64,000 bases of DNA from Pseudomonadota bacterium (GTDB taxonomy: Bacteria; Campylobacterota; Campylobacteria; Campylobacterales; Sulfurimonadaceae): the NCBI GenBank assembly GCA_043797085.1, contig JAZDQA010000013.1, positions 224,001 through 288,000 of the forward strand. The letters run 5' to 3'. Under the pieces are notes generated by a model. It did no database searches, was not told the origin of the DNA, and worked only from the letters and a program-made list of their open reading frames with translations. Within the stretch, counting starts at the first letter, position 1, and the number at the start of each line of letters is the position of its first letter. Of the stretch, positions 58,071 to 64,000 are shown in pieces. The translations under genes and the position numbers were made by a program.

Positions 58071-59574
58071 ACTCAAAACAATTCTCCTCTTTTTAGCGGT
58101 TAGCCTCATCCCCTATGCGCTTACCATGTTTCTCGTCGGAAATTCGTTTCGTCAAGAGATCTATGATGCCGTTACGCAGGAGATGAACACCCAGCTGCGC
58201 TTGAGCATTGAGAGGATCGATCAGCAGCTGATTACCCTCCGAAATGATATGACCTTTATCGCAAAATCAGACATTATGAACGATGTTTACACCCAAGATT
58301 TAGATCGACGTATCAGCAATACTCTACTATCGAAAAAAAATGATCTCAAGATGGAAGGTGATTTCTATCTCACAAATCTCAATGGACTGATTATCGCCTC
58401 CAGTGATTTCAACGCGATAGGAAAAACCAACCGTGCACCCTCTTTTTACCACGTTAATGTTTATTCCACCTTCTCAACACAACCCATCGGAAAACTCGAA
58501 GTACGTTATCCCGTAGAAAATTTTAAACGCTTTTTTGCCAATACACAACAACGACACTACTACATACGTCAAAATGATGGATCGGTGTACTTACGCCCTT
58601 ATGTATTTGATGATGTACTCCAAGTCTCGAAATCTCTCAAAAATGCGCCTCATCTCACAATCATCCTCGAAGAAAAAAAAGAGTTCGCCTACCGTCTTTT
58701 ATACAAATACGAACAATGGTTTGTCTTTTTTCTAATCGGTGGAGCCATTTTTATTTCTCTAGCCGCCTATTTCATCGCCACTTATTTGATTAAACCCATC
58801 ATCACCCTCTCTAATACCGCTAAAAAAATCACCCGTACGCATGACTATACCCAGCAAGTAGACATCAAACGCGATGATGAAATCGGGAAACTCTCTTCTG
58901 CTTTTAATACTATGATTAGCGGAATGGATCATGCCCTAAACGAAATTACCGATCTGAATCAAGAGATTGAAGAGACCCAAAGAGAAGTCGTCTTTACGAT
59001 GGGTTCCATCGGGGAGAGCCGATCTAAAGAGATGGGTAACCATGTAAAAAGGGTTGCCGAATATTCCAGACTGCTCGCTGTGTATTACGGTCTAAGCGAA
59101 GAAGAGTCTGCAATGCTCAAACAAGCTTCTCCGATGCATGACATCGGCAAAGTCGCTATCCCCGATGCCGTTCTCAATAAACCGGGACGATTTGACGAGG
59201 AAGAGCGCCGTATCATGGATACCCATGCAGCACTGGGATACGAAATGCTCAAACACTCTCACCGCACTTTGCTCCAAGCAGCAGCGATTGTTGCCTATGA
59301 ACATCATGAAAAGTGGAACGGTAGCGGCTATCCACGAGGATTAAGCGGTGAGGAGATTCATATTTATGGACGGATTACTGCACTTGCTGATGTGTTCGAT
59401 GCCCTCGGGAGTGACCGCGTTTACAAAAAAGCGTGGGATGATGAGAAAATTTTTACCCTCTTTAAAGAGGAGAGAGGAGAACATTTCGATCCGAAACTCA
59501 TTGATATCTTTTTTGACCATTTAGAAGAGTTTATCGCAATTCGAGAGACGTTTAAAGATATTCATGAATCCTAA
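58060..59574 (+). CDS. Membrane HAMP/HD-GYP c-di-GMP phosphodiesterase
   Basis: Two TM helices, HAMP DEIGKLSSAFN, HDIGK, HHEKWNGSGYP, ADVFDAL. Confidence 0.92.
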   Translation: MSFKLKTILLFLAVSLIPYALTMFLVGNSFRQEIYDAVTQEMNTQLRLSIERIDQQLITLRNDMTFIAKSDIMNDVYTQDLDRRISNTLLSKKNDLKMEGDFYLTNLNGLIIASSDFNAIGKTNRAPSFYHVNVYSTFSTQPIGKLEVRYPVENFKRFFANTQQRHYYIRQNDGSVYLRPYVFDDVLQVSKSLKNAPHLTIILEEKKEFAYRLLYKYEQWFVFFLIGGAIFISLAAYFIATYLIKPIITLSNTAKKITRTHDYTQQVDIKRDDEIGKLSSAFNTMISGMDHALNEITDLNQEIEETQREVVFTMGSIGESRSKEMGNHVKRVAEYSRLLAVYYGLSEEESAMLKQASPMHDIGKVAIPDAVLNKPGRFDEEERRIMDTHAALGYEMLKHSHRTLLQAAAIVAYEHHEKWNGSGYPRGLSGEEIHIYGRITALADVFDALGSDRVYKKAWDDEKIFTLFKEERGEHFDPKLIDIFFDHLEEFIAIRETFKDIHES

Positions 59575-59598
59575 TTCCTAAAACACTAAGCCTCTGTA

Positions 59599-59607
59599 TG
59601 GTATAAT
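59599..59607 (+). promoter_or_regulatory. Extended -10 promoter of leuC
   Basis: TGGTATAAT, followed by AAAGG RBS and ATG 59642. Confidence 0.6.
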
Positions 59608-59641
59608 CGCGCCATTATTTACACCTTAAAAGGTCATTATT

Positions 59642-60910
59642 ATGCGCCAAACCATTACAGAAAAAATATTTTCGCAGCACGTCGGCAAAGCCGTTTACGC
59701 AGGTGAAATCATCCGCTGTCCTATCGATATGGTCATCGGAAACGATATTACAACCCCTATTTCGATCAAAGCGTTCGAAGACATCGGGGCAACTAAACTT
59801 GCCAATCCAGAGGGCTTTTCCATCGTCCTTGACCACTTCATCCCTGCCAAAGACATAGCTTCCGCCAACCAAGCGCGTATCAGCCGTGATTTCGCTAAAA
59901 AATATCAGATGAAACACTTTTTCGACGAAAAAGATATGGGAATCGAACACGCATTGCTTCCTGAAAAAGGGCTTGTAGTACCGGGTGATGTTATCATCGG
60001 TGCGGATTCTCATACATGTACTCACGGTGCATTGGGAGCATTTTCTACAGGAATGGGTTCAACCGATTTGGCGTTTGCAATGGTAACCGGAGGGAACTGG
60101 TTTAAAGTCCCTGAGTCGATCAAAGTTGTCCTTAGCGGCAAACCGGGCAAATACACAACAGGTAAAGATGTGATCCTCGAAGTAATCCGCATGATCGGGG
60201 TAGATGGCGCGCTCTACCGCACGCTCGAATTTGTCGGAAGCACCATCCCGTATCTCACGATGGATGACCGTTTCAGTATGTGTAACATGGCGATAGAGGC
60301 GGGAGCGAAAAGCGGTATCGTCGCGTATGACGAGATCACGGCAGAGTTCCTAGCCGATAAACCTCTCGCGCGTGAGCCGAAAATTCACACATCGGATGAA
60401 GACGCAACGTATGTTCAAGTATTGGAAATTGATGTCGCCAACCTCGAACCCGTCATTGCCTACCCATTCTTACCATCCAACGGACATAGCCTCAGCCAAG
60501 CCGTGAGCGACCACATCAAAGTCGATCAAGCATTCATCGGCAGCTGCACCAACGGACGTTTGAGCGACCTCAAAATCGCGGCAGAAATTCTTAAAGGCAA
60601 ACGGGTACATCAAGATGTTCGCCTCATCGTCACACCGGGAACACAGCGTATCGCACGCGAAGCAACAAAACTCGGTTACATAGACATTATCATCGATGCA
60701 GGCGGGGTTGTTTCCAATCCGACTTGTGGCGCATGCCTAGGTGGCTATATGGGAATCTTGGGCGATAACGAAGTCGCTGTTGCGACCACTAACCGTAACT
60801 TCGTCGGACGCATGGGTTCACGCTCATCAAAAGTCTATTTGGCGAATTCTGCCGTTGCTGCGGCTTCGGCTATCACGGGATACATTACCGATCCTGAAAC
60901 GATAAAATAA
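59642..60910 (+). CDS. leuC: 3-isopropylmalate dehydratase large subunit (homoaconitase/IPMI family)
   Basis: Motifs GADSHTCT, CNMAIEAG, IGSCTNGR, CGACLG, TNRNFVGRMG. Confidence 0.92.
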   Translation: MRQTITEKIFSQHVGKAVYAGEIIRCPIDMVIGNDITTPISIKAFEDIGATKLANPEGFSIVLDHFIPAKDIASANQARISRDFAKKYQMKHFFDEKDMGIEHALLPEKGLVVPGDVIIGADSHTCTHGALGAFSTGMGSTDLAFAMVTGGNWFKVPESIKVVLSGKPGKYTTGKDVILEVIRMIGVDGALYRTLEFVGSTIPYLTMDDRFSMCNMAIEAGAKSGIVAYDEITAEFLADKPLAREPKIHTSDEDATYVQVLEIDVANLEPVIAYPFLPSNGHSLSQAVSDHIKVDQAFIGSCTNGRLSDLKIAAEILKGKRVHQDVRLIVTPGTQRIAREATKLGYIDIIIDAGGVVSNPTCGACLGGYMGILGDNEVAVATTNRNFVGRMGSRSSKVYLANSAVAAASAITGYITDPETIK

Positions 60911-60925
60911 CCTCTTTCTCTGGGG

Positions 60926-61807
60926 TTATACCCCCGTATTACACGCTTCCAACGTCCCTTTATCAAATCCTCGTTTAAACCACTCCATCCGCATTTCCGA
61001 GCTTCCGTGAGTAAACGCATCGGGGACGACATACCCTTGTGATTGTTTTTGGAGCGTATCATCACCGATCTGACTGGCGGCGTTGAGTGCCTCTTCGATA
61101 TCCCCCTCTTCGAGTACTGCTCTCTCTTTTTGGGTGTGGTATGCCCATACTCCGGCGTAGCAGTCGGCTTGAAGCTCCACTTTTACCTGTACAGCATTCC
61201 CTTTTGTCTTACTCGATTTCTCTTGAGCACTGTGCGCTTTATCCAATGTCCCGAGTTGATTTTGAACATGGTGACCGATTTCATGCGAAATCACGTATGC
61301 TTGGGCAAAATCTCCAGGGGCATTATGACGCTGAGACAGCTCATCGAAAAAGCTCAAATCCAAATACACCTTTTGATCCACAGGGCAGTAAAACGGACCA
61401 ACTTGAGCATCGGCATATCCGCAGCCGCTTTGGACGCTTCCGCGAAACAGCACTAACTTCGGTTTGGGATAGGTTAGCCCTTTTTGCGTAAAAATCTTCG
61501 TCCATACCTCTTCCGTTTGCCCTAAAACAGCAGCTACAAACTGGGCACTGCGATCATCCTCCTGTTGACTAACAGCCGTGTTAGTACGTGTTTGAGTATC
61601 GAGCAAAGTGAGAGGATTGTATCCCATAAAATACGCCACAATCCCTATCACCAAAACAATCCGTCCGATATTAGTTCCCATCAAAAACCGAATAATCGGA
61701 ATAAGCAGATTCGCCCCTCTCCCGCTGCCGAAATTCATCCGTCCTCCGGAGTCTTGAGAACGTAAATCCTCAATATTGGTACTTCGCTTTAAATCTTCCC
61801 ATTTCAT
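60926..61807 (-). CDS. Neutral zinc metallopeptidase (YpfJ family)
   Basis: Motifs MKW...STNIEDLR, GPFYCP, HEIGHHVQ, ELQADC, FTHGS. Start reassigned to 61807. Confidence 0.93.
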   Translation of the reverse strand: MKWEDLKRSTNIEDLRSQDSGGRMNFGSGRGANLLIPIIRFLMGTNIGRIVLVIGIVAYFMGYNPLTLLDTQTRTNTAVSQQEDDRSAQFVAAVLGQTEEVWTKIFTQKGLTYPKPKLVLFRGSVQSGCGYADAQVGPFYCPVDQKVYLDLSFFDELSQRHNAPGDFAQAYVISHEIGHHVQNQLGTLDKAHSAQEKSSKTKGNAVQVKVELQADCYAGVWAYHTQKERAVLEEGDIEEALNAASQIGDDTLQKQSQGYVVPDAFTHGSSEMRMEWFKRGFDKGTLEACNTGV

Positions 61808-62016
61808 AACAGCATCCCTATCTTCTCTATTTCGCTCCAAAGCTCTGCTTAGGAATCTATTTTATTAGCTACTGTATTTTAGCAATATTTATCCTCTAAT
61901 CTGAACCGACTACAATTCATCCACATTTTTATTTTAAAATACTATAGCCTCAAAATATAATAACGATTATATTTTGGATTAGCTATACTTTGAAAATATA
62001 ATACATGGGGATTACA

Positions 62017-62484
62017 ATGCGTTCTTTTTATCTCGCTTCTTTACTTTTACTCGGCTCATTTTCCAATGTTAGTGCTTTTGATTTTGGCGAACTGATGCAG
62101 ACCGTGGCTCCAGTGGCTACCGCAGTTGCTCCTATCACGGATGCAAAGCTTGTCTCCAATCCGTTGATCAAAAATCTGACCACCTCTTTGGGTGTTACTC
62201 CCACCCAAGCCATTGGCGGAACAGCTGCTATTCTTAATGATGCCAAAGGCAATATGAAGCCAGCCGACTTCAAAACCCTCACAAAACAAGTTCCTCAAGT
62301 AAACACACTCCTCGCAGCAGCACCTGCCGGAATGCTAGAACTTGGAAGCCTTGGTTCACAGTTTTCCATGTTGGGGATGGATGCTTCTATGCTCGATAAA
62401 TTCTCTCCGTTCGTCCTCCAATACCTCCAAGACGGTGCAACACCAAGTATGGATAAAATTGTAGCCGCAGCCTTCGCACAATAA
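62017..62484 (+). CDS. DUF2780-like secreted protein
   Basis: Signal peptide; pattern LGVTPTQAIGG...LL...FSMLGMD. Start 62005 or 62017. Confidence 0.75.
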   Translation: MRSFYLASLLLLGSFSNVSAFDFGELMQTVAPVATAVAPITDAKLVSNPLIKNLTTSLGVTPTQAIGGTAAILNDAKGNMKPADFKTLTKQVPQVNTLLAAAPAGMLELGSLGSQFSMLGMDASMLDKFSPFVLQYLQDGATPSMDKIVAAAFAQ

Positions 62485-63090
62485 ATGTTTACCCTGCCTT
62501 GTATTCTCTTCGCAGGTGGGAAAAGCTCCCGCATGGGGAGCGACAAATCATTGCTTCCTTTTGGTGAATATACCTCTCTTGCCGCGTTCCAATATAACCG
62601 ACTTACCAAGCTTTTCACCAATGTCTATATTTCTACCAAAACACGTGAAAAATTCGATTTTGAAGCCCAATTTATCCTTGATGCAGAGAATACCGATTTT
62701 GCTCCAACCGTAGGTTTTGTGAGTGCTTTTGAAAAGTTGGGATGTGAGCGTTTTTTTGCCTTAAGTGTCGACACCCCTTTTGTTGATGTCGATACTATTG
62801 AAATGCTTCTACACGCAGATGAGTCTCATCTCGATGCCGTCATTGCCAAAACGCCTTCAGGAACCCATCCCCTATGCGGAATCTATCATCACACATTGCT
62901 AAAAAACTTTCAGCAGATGCAGCGTGAAGGTGACCACAGACTAGGAAAACTGCTCTCCATGAAGCAAACACGTTTTGTAGAATTTGAAAACGAAGAAATT
63001 TTTATGAATCTTAATCATCCTCACGAATACAAAGAAGCACTCATGCGTTATAGAAGTTTAGAAAATAGCATTTCCATCAAAGAAGTATAG
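62485..63090 (+). CDS. mobA: Molybdenum cofactor guanylyltransferase
   Basis: Motifs AGGKSSRMGSDK, SVDTP, HPLCGIY, FMNLN. Confidence 0.92.
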   Translation: MFTLPCILFAGGKSSRMGSDKSLLPFGEYTSLAAFQYNRLTKLFTNVYISTKTREKFDFEAQFILDAENTDFAPTVGFVSAFEKLGCERFFALSVDTPFVDVDTIEMLLHADESHLDAVIAKTPSGTHPLCGIYHHTLLKNFQQMQREGDHRLGKLLSMKQTRFVEFENEEIFMNLNHPHEYKEALMRYRSLENSISIKEV

Positions 63091-63848
63091 TATGAGGTTA
63101 GCGTATCCCAAGGATTAGTAGTATTATCGTTTGTTAAATACACATATCCTATTTTAAAAGAGTTCAACTTTTGCAGCTTTTGGGATGTAACCTCTGTTTG
63201 CGGAACTCCGTAACCAAGAAGGGCAAATTTCTCCGATGGATACCGCGTAATGTACTCAGGCGGAGTAAGTGCATCATACGCAATCCCTTTTTTTTCATAG
63301 ATAACCGTTATATCCGATATACGAACGATCTCTTCATCAGGATAAGCACCTGTATTTAAAACTACTTTTTGAGAAACATTACCCTCTTTGATAAAAGAAC
63401 GTAACTCTTGATAATACACAGCACTTTGTGCGGATGCATTTGCTTCATCGACAAAAATACCATCCAAGTTTGAATAACATTCTCTATAGCGGGCAATATC
63501 TGCCTTAACCTCTTCTATGGGACGCGCTGCGTAGAGAGTATGAACATATCCGATTGCTTTAATTGACTTGCCCTTAAGTTGGCTAATTCCCGCTTGATAG
63601 TCTTGGCTTATTGTTGTATTGCACTCTACTGGACCATTATTTGGGTTGATAATAGTTATGATTTCTACTGTTGTATTAATGTCTAATAGAGCTTTCCACT
63701 GCGGACCAGTCGGATAAGCATACAACGGAATAAGGGTCCCCTTAAACAAAGCAGGAGGGGTCGCAATCGTTTCATTACCATCTGTACCCATTTTACAACC
63801 CAGCACAAGAAGCATCGTAGCCACAAAAAATAAAAACTTTACAACCAT
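63048..63848 (-). CDS. Spherulin-4/GH135-like lipoprotein
   Basis: Lipobox VLGC; motifs IPLYAYP, IINPNNGP, IGYVHT.YA.R, LDGIFVDE, VIYE, NPWDTL. Start 63848 or 63860. Confidence 0.85.
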   Translation of the reverse strand: MVVKFLFFVATMLLVLGCKMGTDGNETIATPPALFKGTLIPLYAYPTGPQWKALLDINTTVEIITIINPNNGPVECNTTISQDYQAGISQLKGKSIKAIGYVHTLYAARPIEEVKADIARYRECYSNLDGIFVDEANASAQSAVYYQELRSFIKEGNVSQKVVLNTGAYPDEEIVRISDITVIYEKKGIAYDALTPPEYITRYPSEKFALLGYGVPQTEVTSQKLQKLNSFKIGYVYLTNDNTTNPWDTLTSYYTSLMEMLFSKLL

Positions 63849-64000
63849 AAAAATATCCAATATTAAAATTTAACTAAAAAAATTAAAGAGAGCGATTATT
63901 CTACCTTTAACTGCTTAATTTTCTTCTGATGTTCGATCTTCTTTTGAATTTACCACTCTAAGCTATAATAATAAAAAAATTAGATCAAAGTGATACAATA

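Noticed and set aside
59642..60910. leuC without an adjacent leuD as a sign of a novel pathway
   Set aside because: Scattered biosynthetic genes are ordinary in this lineage, and leuD may lie elsewhere.

Overview
A gene-dense, moderately AT-rich bacterial chromosome segment. The gene content (pglB/pglF, TGnTATAAT promoters, many c-di-GMP enzymes) suggests a free-living Campylobacterota such as Sulfuricurvum or Sulfurimonas; this is inference. From left to right it holds: the end of an N-glycosylation cluster (epimerase/reductase, initiating transferase, pglB, pglF); a GGDEF-EAL gene; ilvD; a Gly-Leu-Cys-Ser tRNA cluster; a type I secretion system flanked by two large Ig-repeat adhesins; a six-gene operon built around a divergent heme-copper-oxidase-like membrane protein with a MacB-type ABC transporter and YceI; a nuclease-fold gene divergent from an orphan phage-type replication gene pair; several diguanylate cyclases; a ~12 kb TonB-dependent uptake locus; a porin/periplasmic-protein/HD-GYP cassette; leuC, ypfJ, mobA and a spherulin-4 gene. 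The TonB locus is the best candidate for an undescribed system. It embeds a probable double-cubane Fe-S reductase with its ATP-dependent activator and has a 41-bp palindrome in its divergent control region. I saw no CRISPR array, rRNA, transposase or integrase. All protein calls come from motif recognition by eye, with no database searches.
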